Shown here: positions 7,964-18,332 of the stretch, in pieces
Layout of the letters: each line of letters starts with the position of its first letter
How positions within the stretch are numbered: the stretch's first letter is position 1
DNA from: Bernardetiaceae bacterium
Lineage (GTDB): Bacteria > Bacteroidota > Bacteroidia > Cytophagales > Thermoflexibacteraceae
Length of the DNA stretch: 64,000 nucleotides
Assembly (NCBI GenBank): GCA_044348925.1
Contig: JBIKRY010000001.1
Span: 8,371-72,370 of the forward strand
Reading direction: 5' to 3'
Notes under the pieces: model-generated
Seen by the model: the letters and a program-made list of their open reading frames with translations, nothing else
Told to the model about the DNA's origin: nothing
Databases searched by the model: none
Position numbers and translations under genes: made by a program

Positions 7964-9490
7964 TTAAAAATCTAATCCAGCCATTAAAACCATTATTTTT
8001 TCCATTCTTTTTACCATATCTGTACCTTTGCCACTATAATTATTTGCCATCATAGAAAAAACTAACTTTTCGCCACTTTTTGTCTGCACATACCCTGTAT
8101 AACAACGTACACGAGTCATAGAACCACTTTTTGCACGAATTTTGCCTTCGGCAACAGTATTTTTGCAAAGATTTCGGACTGTTCCACTCTCACCTACCAA
8201 AGGTAGAGATTGATAAAAAACAGGAAAATTAGCTTGCTTTGTTTGCAAGTGCATAATTCGGGTTAATTGTTCGGGCAAAATAGCATTAAAACGAGATAAA
8301 CCACTGCCATCTTCCATAAAAAAACCCTGCAAATTGATGCCTTTATTTTGCAAATACTCGGTAATCACTTGTACTCCTGCCTCCGTTGTTCCCTGCCCTG
8401 TGCGTTGATATGCCAAGATTCTCAAAAAATTTTCGGCATATAAATTAATGCTTTTATGATTGGTAACTCGTATAATTTCGGATAACGGTTCTGAATAGGT
8501 TGTGTAAAATTTTATGCGTTTAAGCGTAGAAATATCCTTTATTTTAGTAAACTCTTGGTAGGTAGTCGGAAATTGTAAAACTGTTATCTTATTGTAATAC
8601 AGTAAGTTATGCAAACTTGTAGCACAATATAAAGGCGGATTTGGAATTGCCCCTTTGAGTATAAAAGCTGTTTCATTGGGCGGAATAGTTCCCGAAAGAT
8701 TGCGAATATAGGTATCTGGTGAGCCATAAATTAGACTATTATCACCCGAGTTTTTTGCACCTGTCAAAATATTATTATAAAATGTTAAATTTTCTATAGG
8801 TGGATACACATTTTGAATACTTGTAGCATCACCCTCTTTATTTCCACTTTTCAAACGAATGTAGTAAAGATTTTCATGAAAAGATAAGCCATAACTACCT
8901 GCACCATAGCCACTTGCAACATCTTCCCAAACCCAACGATTATGCACTGCCTTATTATCAAAAATACTTTCGTCGGCAATAATACTACCTGTAATAGTTT
9001 TGATGCCTTGTTTCTCGATGGCATAAATCCACTCACAAAGCAATTTTTCTATGTTTTCGATAGCCAATGTAGGGTCTCCGCCACCTTTGATATAAATATT
9101 TCCATACAAAATGCTATCTTTAATTTCCCCATCATATTCCAAAATAGTTTCAAAACGAAAATCTTTGCCTAATAAATTTAGAGCAGTAGAGGTGCTAATT
9201 GTTTTCATTACCGAAGCTGTAGAAATACTTTGTTTAGCATTTTGGGATAGCAAAATACTATCTGCCGAAGCATACATAGCACAAAAACCAAAAGTTGCGT
9301 TTTGCATATCGGTTTCGGTCATCAACAAAGCTAAATGCTTTTGTAAAGAATCTTTAGCAACATTTCGCAAAGAATCTCGTAAGGAGGTTTTCAAAAAAAC
9401 AGTTTTTAAAGAATCTGCTACAGCTATTTTTTGGGCAAAGGAAATTTGCGTAAGACAAAGAAAGGAAAGAAAAAGAAAAATAATTTGCAT
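7964..9490 (-). CDS. dacB: D-alanyl-D-alanine carboxypeptidase/endopeptidase (PBP4, peptidase S13 family)
   Basis: It has an SxxK motif (ASVMK), and its length and overall pattern fit PBP4. An N-terminal signal peptide is present. I prefer the ATG at 9490 because the TTG at 9532 lies inside the serS terminator hairpin. Confidence 0.8.
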   Translation of the reverse strand: MQIIFLFLSFLCLTQISFAQKIAVADSLKTVFLKTSLRDSLRNVAKDSLQKHLALLMTETDMQNATFGFCAMYASADSILLSQNAKQSISTASVMKTISTSTALNLLGKDFRFETILEYDGEIKDSILYGNIYIKGGGDPTLAIENIEKLLCEWIYAIEKQGIKTITGSIIADESIFDNKAVHNRWVWEDVASGYGAGSYGLSFHENLYYIRLKSGNKEGDATSIQNVYPPIENLTFYNNILTGAKNSGDNSLIYGSPDTYIRNLSGTIPPNETAFILKGAIPNPPLYCATSLHNLLYYNKITVLQFPTTYQEFTKIKDISTLKRIKFYTTYSEPLSEIIRVTNHKSINLYAENFLRILAYQRTGQGTTEAGVQVITEYLQNKGINLQGFFMEDGSGLSRFNAILPEQLTRIMHLQTKQANFPVFYQSLPLVGESGTVRNLCKNTVAEGKIRAKSGSMTRVRCYTGYVQTKSGEKLVFSMMANNYSGKGTDMVKRMEKIMVLMAGLDF

Positions 9491-9511
9491 AGAGATAAGG
9501 GTAAAAATTAA

Positions 9512-9548
9512 CAATACTTTCCAAATCTTCAAAACTTGGAAAGTATTG
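9512..9548 (-). terminator. Stem-loop downstream of serS
   Basis: caatactttccaa (9512-9524) pairs perfectly with ttggaaagtattg (9536-9548). Confidence 0.5.
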
Positions 9549-9559
9549 TACTGATTATG

Positions 9560-10834
9560 TTAATTAATCATTGCAAAACCTGTATAAGGTTGTAATACTT
9601 TAGGGATTTTGATTCCTTCTGGAGTTTGGTTATTTTCTAACAAAGCAGCTAAGATACGAGGTAATGCTAATGCACTGCCATTTAAGGTATGTAACAACTG
9701 CGTTTTGCCATCATTTTCTTTGTAACGTAATTTCATACGATTGGCTTGGAAAGTTTCAAAATTACTTACCGAACTAACTTCTAACCATCGTTGTTGTGCT
9801 GCCGAATATACTTCCATATCATAACACAAAGCTGCACCAAAACTAATATCACCTCCACATAGACGCAAAACTCTATAAGGTAATTCCAATTTTTGCAAAA
9901 TAGCTTGAATGTATTTAGACATTTCTTCTAAGGTTTCATAGGAATTTTCGGGTTTTTGAATCTGCACAATTTCTACTTTATCAAATTGGTGCAAACGGTT
10001 TAATCCTCGCACATGTGCACCCCACGAGCCTGCTTCGCGTCTAAAACAGGGTGTGTATCCCACATTTTTGATAGGCAAATCTTTGGCTTGTTGTATGGTA
10101 TCTCGATAGAGATTAGTAATAGGCACTTCGGCGGTTGGAATCAAATATAATTCGTCTTCAGTAGCAAAATACATCTGCCCTTCTTTATCGGGCAGTTGTC
10201 CTGTACCATAACCAGAATCTCGATTAATTAAAATAGGTGGTTGCACTTCTATATAACCTGCTTGTATTGCTTCATCTAAAAAGAAATTTATCATAGCACG
10301 TTGCAACCTTGCCCCTTTGCCTTTATAGACAGGAAAACCAGCACCAGTAATTTTTACCCCCAATTCAAAATCTATAATATCATATTTTTTGATAAGTTCC
10401 CAATGTGGCAATGCGTCTGCGGGAAGTTCGGTAATTGTGCCATTTTCCAACACAATTTCATTGTCGTCTGCTCCAAGCCCTTCAGGCACAGAACTATGTG
10501 GCAAATTAGGCAATAAATATAAATGTTGCGTTAATTGATTGTCTAAATCTGCAAATTCGATATCTAAGTTTTTGGATAAGTTTTTCAAATCTGCACTTTG
10601 TTTACGAAATTCCTCTGCTTCTGCTTTTTTCCCTACTTTCATTAAATTACCAACTTCTTTGGCTAAAGCATTTGCTTGGGCATTGCTTTGGTCTAACTTA
10701 ACTTGAGTTTCTCTACGTTTACTATCTATTTCTAAAATTTTTTCGACAGCTTCGGCAGCATTTTTTACTCTTTTTTTTGTAAGACCTTGAATGGTTAGGT
10801 CTTTATTTTCTCTAATAAAAGAAATTTGTAACAT
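9560..10834 (-). CDS. serS: Serine--tRNA ligase
   Basis: It has the N-terminal coiled-coil arm and class II core motifs (CFRREAGS, GSALALPRILAALLEN). The start MLQISFIREN at 10834 is typical for SerRS. Confidence 0.95.
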   Translation of the reverse strand: MLQISFIRENKDLTIQGLTKKRVKNAAEAVEKILEIDSKRRETQVKLDQSNAQANALAKEVGNLMKVGKKAEAEEFRKQSADLKNLSKNLDIEFADLDNQLTQHLYLLPNLPHSSVPEGLGADDNEIVLENGTITELPADALPHWELIKKYDIIDFELGVKITGAGFPVYKGKGARLQRAMINFFLDEAIQAGYIEVQPPILINRDSGYGTGQLPDKEGQMYFATEDELYLIPTAEVPITNLYRDTIQQAKDLPIKNVGYTPCFRREAGSWGAHVRGLNRLHQFDKVEIVQIQKPENSYETLEEMSKYIQAILQKLELPYRVLRLCGGDISFGAALCYDMEVYSAAQQRWLEVSSVSNFETFQANRMKLRYKENDGKTQLLHTLNGSALALPRILAALLENNQTPEGIKIPKVLQPYTGFAMIN

Positions 10835-10986
10835 AGATTTACGTTTTTTTTGTGCAAATATGTAAAAAAAATAGCAATTTTTAATTATCAAATACTTTTT
10901 TTTAGAGTTTATGTTTCAAAATCTTATTTTGAAACATAAACTAATTTGGTAATTATTTTAATTATTGAGGCGGAAAACCTATTATT

Positions 10987-11766
10987 TTATTTCCAAAAAG
11001 GAATTCCTGCGAGTGCCTGTAACATGGTGAAATTTACGAAAATAAAGTACAAAATAGCAAATACCCAAACTATTTGAATAGCTAATTTTTCGGCAACTAA
11101 TTTAGTAGTTAGATAAGCAAATAAGGGGATAATTTGCAAGGCATGAATTCCAAAAAAATGTGCAATCCGCAAATCTCCAAATAATTTGCTCCAATTCAAA
11201 AAAACAATACCTTCTGTGCCATCTACTGCCCCAACTGTGTGTCCTGCTTGTTGCGAAATATATGCACCAAAAAAACTGAATAAGGTAAAATAAACCAAAC
11301 CAAATCGAATACCCAAAAGATAAGGTGCTGCAATGTTAAAAGATTTTTGTTTGAAATATTGTATGCTTATGTGTAGTGTCCAAATAGTCAAGCTAAGAAT
11401 AAAAACTCCCATTAAGGCATATAATACTATTCCAAAGGTGGAAGTATTGTTAAAATGTGATTTTTCGCCTCGCAATGCTTGTATAATAATAGCTGTTTGC
11501 TCAAAACTCATTGCAATTACCACCACCCAGCTATAGGTTAGTACCTGTTTTTTATCTGCCAAATATGCCAACAAATATGCCATTGTCCAGCTATATATCC
11601 AAATACTCAATGCAAATTTGATGGGTTTTATTAACGAATTTAAACCCAAAACTTCTACAGAATTGAAAGGCATAGCAATAGCCAGTAAGATAAATAATAG
11701 CAAATGAATAGTTCCTAAATTTGCTAAAATCGTATTTCTTTGATAAATTTCTCTTAAGATGTGCAT
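10987..11766 (-). CDS. Multi-pass integral membrane protein, function unknown
   Basis: 259 aa with about 7 hydrophobic segments and no catalytic motif recognised. Confidence 0.65.
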   Translation of the reverse strand: MHILREIYQRNTILANLGTIHLLLFILLAIAMPFNSVEVLGLNSLIKPIKFALSIWIYSWTMAYLLAYLADKKQVLTYSWVVVIAMSFEQTAIIIQALRGEKSHFNNTSTFGIVLYALMGVFILSLTIWTLHISIQYFKQKSFNIAAPYLLGIRFGLVYFTLFSFFGAYISQQAGHTVGAVDGTEGIVFLNWSKLFGDLRIAHFFGIHALQIIPLFAYLTTKLVAEKLAIQIVWVFAILYFIFVNFTMLQALAGIPFWK

Positions 11767-11915
11767 AAAAAAAGTATAAAAATTTATTTACAAACATAGC
11801 CAAAAATAGCTATGACTTTGTTGATAAAAGTCAATAAATCTATCTTCTATAGGAAGGGCAGTATATGCTTGTTATGTAACTTAGATTACCGAGTACAAAT
11901 GCACCACGCACAGAA

Positions 11916-12452
11916 TTAAATTTCTTTTGCCATTGCCCAATCTACATACCTTGTTGTCCCAAGATAAAAAATATATTCCCCAGAAATCGTAAAGCCCATT
12001 TTGTGGTAAAAATTAATAGCTTTTGCATTATCTTTCCAAACACAAAGCCATAATAAGTTTATCTCTTGTTTTTGTGCTTCTGTTTCAATTTCTGTAAGTA
12101 ATTTTTGTCCAATTTGTTGTCCGTGCAAAGCCTTTGTAATATAAATGCGTGCTATTTCCAAACAGTTTTTATCTCGTAAATTTGCAGGGGTAAGATTGGC
12201 ATCTTTTCGAAGTTTTGCATAGCCAACTGCCTGTCCTTCATGTTCCATAATTTTGTAATAAATCAATGGAAATAGTGTTATTTCATTAGCAATTTGTACT
12301 TCATTAAAATGTGTAGCCACGTATTGCAAAATATTTTCATCAGTGTCTGTTCCCCAATAAGTATCTATAAAAGTGCTTTTGCTTAGGTTAGCAAGCAAAG
12401 TTACATCTTCGATAGTGGCTGTTCGAATCGTACTATTTTTAGCTATTGTCAT
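11916..12452 (-). CDS. GNAT-family N-acetyltransferase
   Basis: The acetyl-CoA binding pattern is HGQQIGQKLL followed by NAKAINFYHKMGF. The ATG at 12452 (MTIAKNSTIRTATIEDV) removes an AT-rich upstream extension. Confidence 0.8.
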   Translation of the reverse strand: MTIAKNSTIRTATIEDVTLLANLSKSTFIDTYWGTDTDENILQYVATHFNEVQIANEITLFPLIYYKIMEHEGQAVGYAKLRKDANLTPANLRDKNCLEIARIYITKALHGQQIGQKLLTEIETEAQKQEINLLWLCVWKDNAKAINFYHKMGFTISGEYIFYLGTTRYVDWAMAKEI

Positions 12453-12722
12453 TATTTTATTGTAGGTGAAATTAAGAATGTAATATAATTTGTTTAGTAA
12501 ATGTGTATTTGTCTTTAGACGAATGAACGTAGAAAATTGAAACAAAAAACGCAGTTCCGAGCCAAATTTACTATTTTATACAAACAACATCAAATTAGCC
12601 AAAAAAACATAAAATTTTAGCTAATTTATTACCTTTTTTAAAATTTCTCCAATTTCATTTCAAACTTGATTCTAAGAATTAAGTCTTTTATCTATTAATT
12701 ACAAAAAAATGTTATTTTTTTG

Positions 12723-12730
12723 TAAATTTG
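12723..12730 (+). promoter_or_regulatory. Bacteroidota-type -7 promoter motif (TAnnTTTG) upstream of the thioredoxin-like gene
   Basis: TAAATTTG lies 55 nt upstream of the ATG at 12785. This is a motif match only. Confidence 0.25.
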
Positions 12731-12784
12731 TAGTAAATTTTCACCATTATTCGTTAATATAAGAACATTTTACTTTTTTAAATT

Positions 12785-13288
12785 ATGAAAAAAATCTTTG
12801 CATTAGTAACAGTCCTTATTTTATCTATTGGACTGTCTTCGTTTAGTCCAAAAACAGATGGAGTAGTATTTATCAACGCAAAAAATACTAAAGGACAAGA
12901 AAAATCTTTCCAAGATATTCTCAAAGAATTTAAAGGCAAAGTAGTATATGTAGATTTTTGGGCAAGTTGGTGTCCACCTTGTAGAGGGGAAATGCCTTTT
13001 TCCAAACAATTACACGAACAATTTAAAGGCAATAAAGATGTAGTTTTTTTGTATATTACCTTTGACCGTACTGAAGAAGCGTGGAGAAATGGTATCGAAA
13101 AAATGGAAATTCAAGGGCATCATTGGTATCCAAGCGAAGTACAAAGAGTAGATATTAACAACAAATATGCAGTATCAGGAATTCCGCGTTATATGTTGGT
13201 AGATAAAAAAGGCGTAGTAGTAAACGACAATGCAAGCCGCCCAAGCAGTGGACAAGAAATAGCAAAAAGTATTGAAGCATTGCTATAA
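12785..13288 (+). CDS. TlpA/thioredoxin-like thiol-disulfide oxidoreductase, secreted or lipoprotein
   Basis: It has a signal peptide, and the WCPPC active-site motif sits in the context VYVDFWASWCPPCRGEMP. Confidence 0.85.
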   Translation: MKKIFALVTVLILSIGLSSFSPKTDGVVFINAKNTKGQEKSFQDILKEFKGKVVYVDFWASWCPPCRGEMPFSKQLHEQFKGNKDVVFLYITFDRTEEAWRNGIEKMEIQGHHWYPSEVQRVDINNKYAVSGIPRYMLVDKKGVVVNDNASRPSSGQEIAKSIEALL

Positions 13289-13308
13289 ATCTGAAAAAAT
13301 AAGATTTA

Positions 13309-13351
13309 TTAAACTTAGGAAAGCCTATCTTATAGATTTTCCTAAGTTTAA
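13309..13351 (+). terminator. Stem-loop after the thioredoxin-like gene
   Basis: ttaaacttaggaaa (13309-13322) pairs perfectly with tttcctaagtttaa (13338-13351). Confidence 0.5.
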
Positions 13352-13446
13352 TAAAAAAAGTAAAAAAATGTTGATATTTATCAATAAAAATATATTATTT
13401 GCAGGCACATTACAAGTCAAATCACAGTAAGAACCTATTTATACCT

Positions 13447-15114
13447 ATGTTAAAGCAATTAGTTATCAAAAATTACGCCTTAATACAAACATTAGAAATT
13501 AAGCCAGCCTCCACTCTCAATATTATTACAGGCGAAACAGGTGCAGGTAAATCCATTATGTTGGGTGCTTTAGGTTTATTGCTGGGAAATCGTGCAGATA
13601 CCAAAGTTCTTTTTGATGAAACCGAAAAATGTGTTATCGAAGGCATTTTTGATGTAAAAGGCTACCATTTAGAACCATTATTCGAAGAAAACGACATAGA
13701 TTATGATATACAGTGCTTAATTAGACGTGAGATTACACCTACAGGCAAATCACGTGCTTTTATTAACGACACTCCTGTAAACTTAGATTTGCTAAAACAA
13801 GTAAGTGTAAAATTAATGGATATTCATTCGCAACACGACACCCAACAACTTGGCACTAATGAATACCAACTTGGCGTAATTGATGCTTTTGCACAAAATA
13901 ATACCTTATTGCTGACCTATCAAGAGCATTTTAGGAATTATAAAAAAGCCGAAACAGCCTACAAAAAAATACTTACAGAGTCCGAAATTTATATCAAAGA
14001 ATTAGACTATAATAAATTTTTATTGGAGGAATTGTTGCGTGCAAATTTAGATAATTTGGAACAAAACGAACTCGAAGAACAGTTAGAAATATTAGAAAAT
14101 GTAGAAGAAATTAAGTTAAAATTAGCAAATATTTTACAAATTTTGACGAATGGAGAGATTGGAATTAGCAAAAATGTAAAAGTTATGCTTAGCCAACTCA
14201 ATCAACTTGGCAATTTTGCCGAAAAATACAAAAGCCTTGCCGAAAGAGTACAAAGTATTAGCCTCGAACTTGCGGATATTAGCCAAGAAATAGAACAAGA
14301 AGAAGAAAATCTATTTACAGACGAAGAAAAAACCACTAAAATTCGTGAACAACTCAATTTGTTGTATAATTTGCAGAAAAAACATCTTGCCCCTGCGGTA
14401 CAAGACTTGATTACACTTCGCAACGAATTACATAAAAAAGTAAATTTGGTATTAAATTTAGATGCAGAAATTGAAAACGCAAAAGCTAATAAAGATGCCA
14501 CCTTTAAAATTATGCAACAAGCTGCGAAAATATTAAGTGCATCTCGACAAAAAAACTTGCCAATCATTGAACGAGAGTTAAATGATTTGTTGGCTGATTT
14601 GGGAATGCCAAATGCAAAAGTTGTCTTGCAACAAGCCGAAATCGTCTATGATAACACAGGAAATGACCAAATAGATTTTCTGTTTAGTGCCAACAAAGGT
14701 AAAAAACCCGAAACTCTAAAAAGTGTAGCTTCTGGTGGCGAATTTTCTCGTTTAATGTTGTGTGTAAAATATATTTTGGCAGGTAAAACGTCTTTACCAA
14801 CCATTGTTTTTGATGAAATAGATACAGGTATTTCGGGAGAAATAGCTATTAAAGTATCTAAAATGATGAACAAAATGGCAGAACGTCATCAATTAATTAT
14901 TATTACACATTTGCCACAAATGGCTGCAAATGGCACTGCACATTATTACGTATATAAAGACCACAGCCAAGAAAAAACAACAAGCAAAATCCGCCAATTA
15001 TCTGAAAATGAGAGAGTTGCCGAACTTGCACAAATGATTGGAGGGGCAAAACCAAGCCAAACTGCTTTTGAAAGTGCTAAAGAACTATTGGCAATGTATC
15101 AAAAAAATGAATAA
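13447..15114 (+). CDS. recN: DNA repair protein RecN
   Basis: It has the N-terminal Walker A (ITGETGAGKSIMLGAL), a long coiled-coil middle region, and the C-terminal signature ASGGEFSRLML plus Walker B (IVFDEIDTGISG). The start is MLKQLVIKNYALI. Confidence 0.95.
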   Translation: MLKQLVIKNYALIQTLEIKPASTLNIITGETGAGKSIMLGALGLLLGNRADTKVLFDETEKCVIEGIFDVKGYHLEPLFEENDIDYDIQCLIRREITPTGKSRAFINDTPVNLDLLKQVSVKLMDIHSQHDTQQLGTNEYQLGVIDAFAQNNTLLLTYQEHFRNYKKAETAYKKILTESEIYIKELDYNKFLLEELLRANLDNLEQNELEEQLEILENVEEIKLKLANILQILTNGEIGISKNVKVMLSQLNQLGNFAEKYKSLAERVQSISLELADISQEIEQEEENLFTDEEKTTKIREQLNLLYNLQKKHLAPAVQDLITLRNELHKKVNLVLNLDAEIENAKANKDATFKIMQQAAKILSASRQKNLPIIERELNDLLADLGMPNAKVVLQQAEIVYDNTGNDQIDFLFSANKGKKPETLKSVASGGEFSRLMLCVKYILAGKTSLPTIVFDEIDTGISGEIAIKVSKMMNKMAERHQLIIITHLPQMAANGTAHYYVYKDHSQEKTTSKIRQLSENERVAELAQMIGGAKPSQTAFESAKELLAMYQKNE

Positions 15115-15202
15115 CTTACTAATAAATTTATGTTTTTTATTTAGATGTTATTAAAATTTATGCTATAATCCTTAATAACGTCCATTTATAACTTTTTTCT
15201 CT

Positions 15203-16195
15203 ATGAACAAACAATTTTTTCTGTACTTGCTGCTTTTGTTTAGTTTTTGTTGCTCTACTCCATATACGTATGCACAAGGCTGTAGTGATGCTGGTTTTTG
15301 TACAATGGGTGCTATGAAACCAGACCAAAAATTTAACAAAAAGGCAGCTATAAAACTTCGTTCTATTGAAATTAGTCAATATTATGGTTATACACATTTT
15401 AAAGATAATATTTGGGCAACCAATCTTGACATCAACATAGGTTTGTCGCCTAAAAGCACTTTGCAAATCAAAATGCCTTATCAATATGTTTCGGGGCTTT
15501 TGGCAGATACGCAAGGCTTTGGCGATATTTCACTAAGTTTTACAAGAAATATTTTTAGTACCGAAAATACGCAGATAAATATTACCATTGGGGCAAAAAT
15601 TCCAACGAATAATTCCAATAAAACTACCCAAAAAAATAATACCGAATTGCCATTGCCTATGTATTACCAAACAAGTTTAGGAACATACGATTTGGTTTTG
15701 GGAGGTTCTTTGCTCACAAAAAATTGGCTTTTTGGCATTGGCATACAACAAGTGCTTAGTAATGACAATGAAAATACTTTTTTGTGGGGCAAATGGCGTA
15801 CTTTTGCCCCTGAATTTCGCAGCATTTCGGACAAATACCATGTTTCAAAAAACTTGGCACGTGGCACAGATATTATGTTGCGGATAGAACGGAATTTTAG
15901 ATTTTCTAACTATAATTTTAGTTTGGGAATTTTACCAATTTATCGTATTAATAAAGATATTTTGACAAGTTTTGACCAGACTTTACAAAAAGAAGTTCGA
16001 GGAGAATTTCCTGCCACAGACGGCATAGCTTGTTCTCTGTTGTTAGGAACAGGATATAATTTTTCGGTAAAATCAGGAATAAAATGTATGTTTGGCTATA
16101 ATTTGCTTACCTTATTAGATAAACATTACCGCATAAATCCAGATGGACTTTCACGCGAAGTAGTTATTACGGCAGGTTATGAATTTAGATTTTAA
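15203..16195 (+). CDS. Putative outer-membrane beta-barrel protein
   Basis: It has a signal peptide ending YAQG, alternating beta-strand-like segments, and the C-terminus GYEFRF. A terminal aromatic residue is typical of OM barrels. Confidence 0.6.
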   Translation: MNKQFFLYLLLLFSFCCSTPYTYAQGCSDAGFCTMGAMKPDQKFNKKAAIKLRSIEISQYYGYTHFKDNIWATNLDINIGLSPKSTLQIKMPYQYVSGLLADTQGFGDISLSFTRNIFSTENTQINITIGAKIPTNNSNKTTQKNNTELPLPMYYQTSLGTYDLVLGGSLLTKNWLFGIGIQQVLSNDNENTFLWGKWRTFAPEFRSISDKYHVSKNLARGTDIMLRIERNFRFSNYNFSLGILPIYRINKDILTSFDQTLQKEVRGEFPATDGIACSLLLGTGYNFSVKSGIKCMFGYNLLTLLDKHYRINPDGLSREVVITAGYEFRF

Positions 16196-16374
16196 AAAAA
16201 AAAAGATAAAATACTTTTTAAAATTTATATTTGTAACTTTATTTGCAAAACTTGCGTAGTAAAAACTAAATTATAATAAGTACACAAAATTTATTGTATA
16301 GAAAAGTGGTTTACAAAAAACTTGTTTGTACTTTCGCAAAAAATTAAAATTTTTAAAAACATAACTTTTATACT

Positions 16375-16596
16375 ATGTATTGGACATTAGAATTAGCCTC
16401 GTATTTAGAAGATGCACCTTGGCCTGCTACCAAAGATGAATTGATTGATTATTCTATCCGTTCTGGTGCGCCATTAGAAGTGGTGGAAAACTTGCAAGAA
16501 CTCGAAGATGATGGGCAACCATACGAAAATATCGAAGAGATTTGGCCTGATTACCCAACTAAAGATGATTTTTTCTTCAACGAAGATGAGTATTAA
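16375..16596 (+). CDS. DUF2795-like small acidic protein
   Basis: The YLEDAPWPATKDELIDYSIRSGAPLEVVENLQEL pattern matches DUF2795. The C-terminal tail is very acidic. Confidence 0.65.
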   Translation: MYWTLELASYLEDAPWPATKDELIDYSIRSGAPLEVVENLQELEDDGQPYENIEEIWPDYPTKDDFFFNEDEY

Positions 16597-16654
16597 GCAA
16601 TAAGACAAAATAATTTATAGTTTTCTTTGTTATAAATTATTGTAACTATTTAGG

Positions 16655-16763
16655 TACGTTGGCAAGGGTGCTTTTTGCACCTTGACAAGCGTAAGCGTAA
16701 CTAAATCACTTTTTTTACGCTTGTCAAGGTGCGAAAAGCACCCTTGCCAACGTAAAAAAATCA
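16655..16763. repeat. Nested palindromic REP-like element: two inverted 39-nt units
   Basis: tacgttggcaagggtgctttttgcaccttgacaagcgta and tacgcttgtcaaggtgcgaaaagcacccttgccaacgta are reverse complements with 1 mismatch. Each contains the ggtgc-ttttt-gcacc hairpin. It is the same family as 63655-63742. Confidence 0.85.
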
Positions 16764-16815
16764 AATAGCTAAAAAACATTTACAAATTATTAAATAAGTA
16801 ATTAGCCAAAAAATC

Positions 16816-16840
16816 AAAAGCCCACAATTTGTGGGCTTTT
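16816..16840 (-). terminator. Short G+C-rich stem-loop at the end of the 118-aa gene
   Basis: aaaagcccac-aattt-gtgggctttt is flanked by A/T runs on both strands. Confidence 0.55.
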
Positions 16841-17195
16841 ATTTTACACAACCCGCAAAAAATTCTTTTTCGGTATAATAAATAATCAAGTCTGCAATGG
16901 CTCTATCTTCTACAAAAAAAATAGTAAAATCGGCAAAAGCAGGATTTTCGGTAAAGTGCCACATACCTGATTTGGTTGCCATCAACTTATTATCCTCTTT
17001 AAAAACTCGCAAGGTTGCCAAAAACTCATCTTCTTCCACATATACCAAAAAATCTGCTCGTGTACGAATAGTTTGTACTGCAACCACACCATAAATTTCA
17101 CAAGGATTAGAAATCGTGCGTATTTGGGCAATGCTATCTACGAAACCAAAAACAAGAAACAGGAACAAAAAAAGTGCAAAAATGTTTTTTTTCAT
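16839..17195 (-). CDS. Small secreted hypothetical protein
   Basis: 118 aa with a clear signal peptide (MKKNIFALFLFLFLVFGFVDSIAQ). No motif recognised. Confidence 0.6.
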   Translation of the reverse strand: MKKNIFALFLFLFLVFGFVDSIAQIRTISNPCEIYGVVAVQTIRTRADFLVYVEEDEFLATLRVFKEDNKLMATKSGMWHFTENPAFADFTIFFVEDRAIADLIIYYTEKEFFAGCVK

Positions 17196-17271
17196 ACATC
17201 AAAATACATAATAGAAATTAATTTATTAAATTTGACTTTCCAAAAATAATCTTTTATTTTACTAAAACAAC

Positions 17272-18330
17272 GTGCTAAAAAAAATATATTTACAAGCTAC
17301 TTTTTTAGGTCTTATTTTTTGCTTAACGACTTGTAAATCGCAAAAAACACCTACGTCTGAAATTCAAACAAATAGTTCTGCTTTACAAAGTGATATTACT
17401 TTGACTAAAATAGCATTTGGTTCTTGTGCAAAACAGGATTTATCACAGCATCTTTGGCGAGATATTATACAAGCTAAACCAGATTTATGGATTTGGCTTG
17501 GCGACAATATTTATGACACTCCAAATGCAACTCCCGAAAAAATACAACAAAAGTATGTAGAACAAAAACAAAACGCAGATTACCAAGCATTTTTAAAAAC
17601 CAATACCCCAATTATTGGTATTTGGGACGATAATGACTACGGAATGCCTGATGGAGGGAAAAATTTTATCTACAAAAAAGAGTCGCAAAAATTAATGCTG
17701 GATTTTTTGGAAGTACCTGCCGAAGCACCACAAAGAAAACATGAGGGCATTTATGCCTCCTATATTTATGGAAAAGCAAAAAGACAAGTCAAAATTATTT
17801 TGTTAGATGTTAGATATTTTAGAGATGATTTGCTAAGAGATAGCATTAGCAAAAAATATATTCCTAATGAAAATGGTGATATGCTTGGCGAAACACAATG
17901 GGAGTGGTTGGAAAATGAGCTAAAAAATAGCAAAGCCCAAATAAATATTATTGCAAGTGGAAGCCAAATAATTTCTAATATGCACCCCTTCGAAAAATGG
18001 GCAAATTTGCCAAAATCTCGCAAAAGATTGTTTGATATGATACAAAAATATAAACCTTCCCACACTATTTTATTGACAGGAGATAGACACATGGGCGAAA
18101 TTTCGCAAATATCCTTACCAAATTATAAAAATTTATATGATATAACATCAAGTGGGATTACGCATGTAGGTACAATATTTCAAGAGGAAAACCCCTATCG
18201 TATTTCCAAACAAACTATTCACAAATTACATTATGCAACCATAGAAATAGATTGGAACAAAAAGCCAATAGATATAGTTTTCAAGTTTTTTGGAGAACAG
18301 AATCACCTTTTATTAGAACGAAAAAAATAA
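17272..18330 (+). CDS. PhoD-like alkaline phosphatase / metallophosphatase, lipoprotein
   Basis: It has a lipobox-like LTTC. The metallophosphatase motifs are WIWLGDNIYD, GIWDDNDYG and LLTGDRHMGE. Confidence 0.8.
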   Translation: MLKKIYLQATFLGLIFCLTTCKSQKTPTSEIQTNSSALQSDITLTKIAFGSCAKQDLSQHLWRDIIQAKPDLWIWLGDNIYDTPNATPEKIQQKYVEQKQNADYQAFLKTNTPIIGIWDDNDYGMPDGGKNFIYKKESQKLMLDFLEVPAEAPQRKHEGIYASYIYGKAKRQVKIILLDVRYFRDDLLRDSISKKYIPNENGDMLGETQWEWLENELKNSKAQINIIASGSQIISNMHPFEKWANLPKSRKRLFDMIQKYKPSHTILLTGDRHMGEISQISLPNYKNLYDITSSGITHVGTIFQEENPYRISKQTIHKLHYATIEIDWNKKPIDIVFKFFGEQNHLLLERKK

Positions 18331-18332
18331 CA

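Noticed and set aside
9111-9554. 147-aa plus-strand ORF, plus other antisense ORFs inside dacB, fadB-like, recN, the beta-helix gene and others
   Set aside because: They overlap motif-supported genes on the opposite strand and carry no motifs of their own. I treat them as shadow ORFs.
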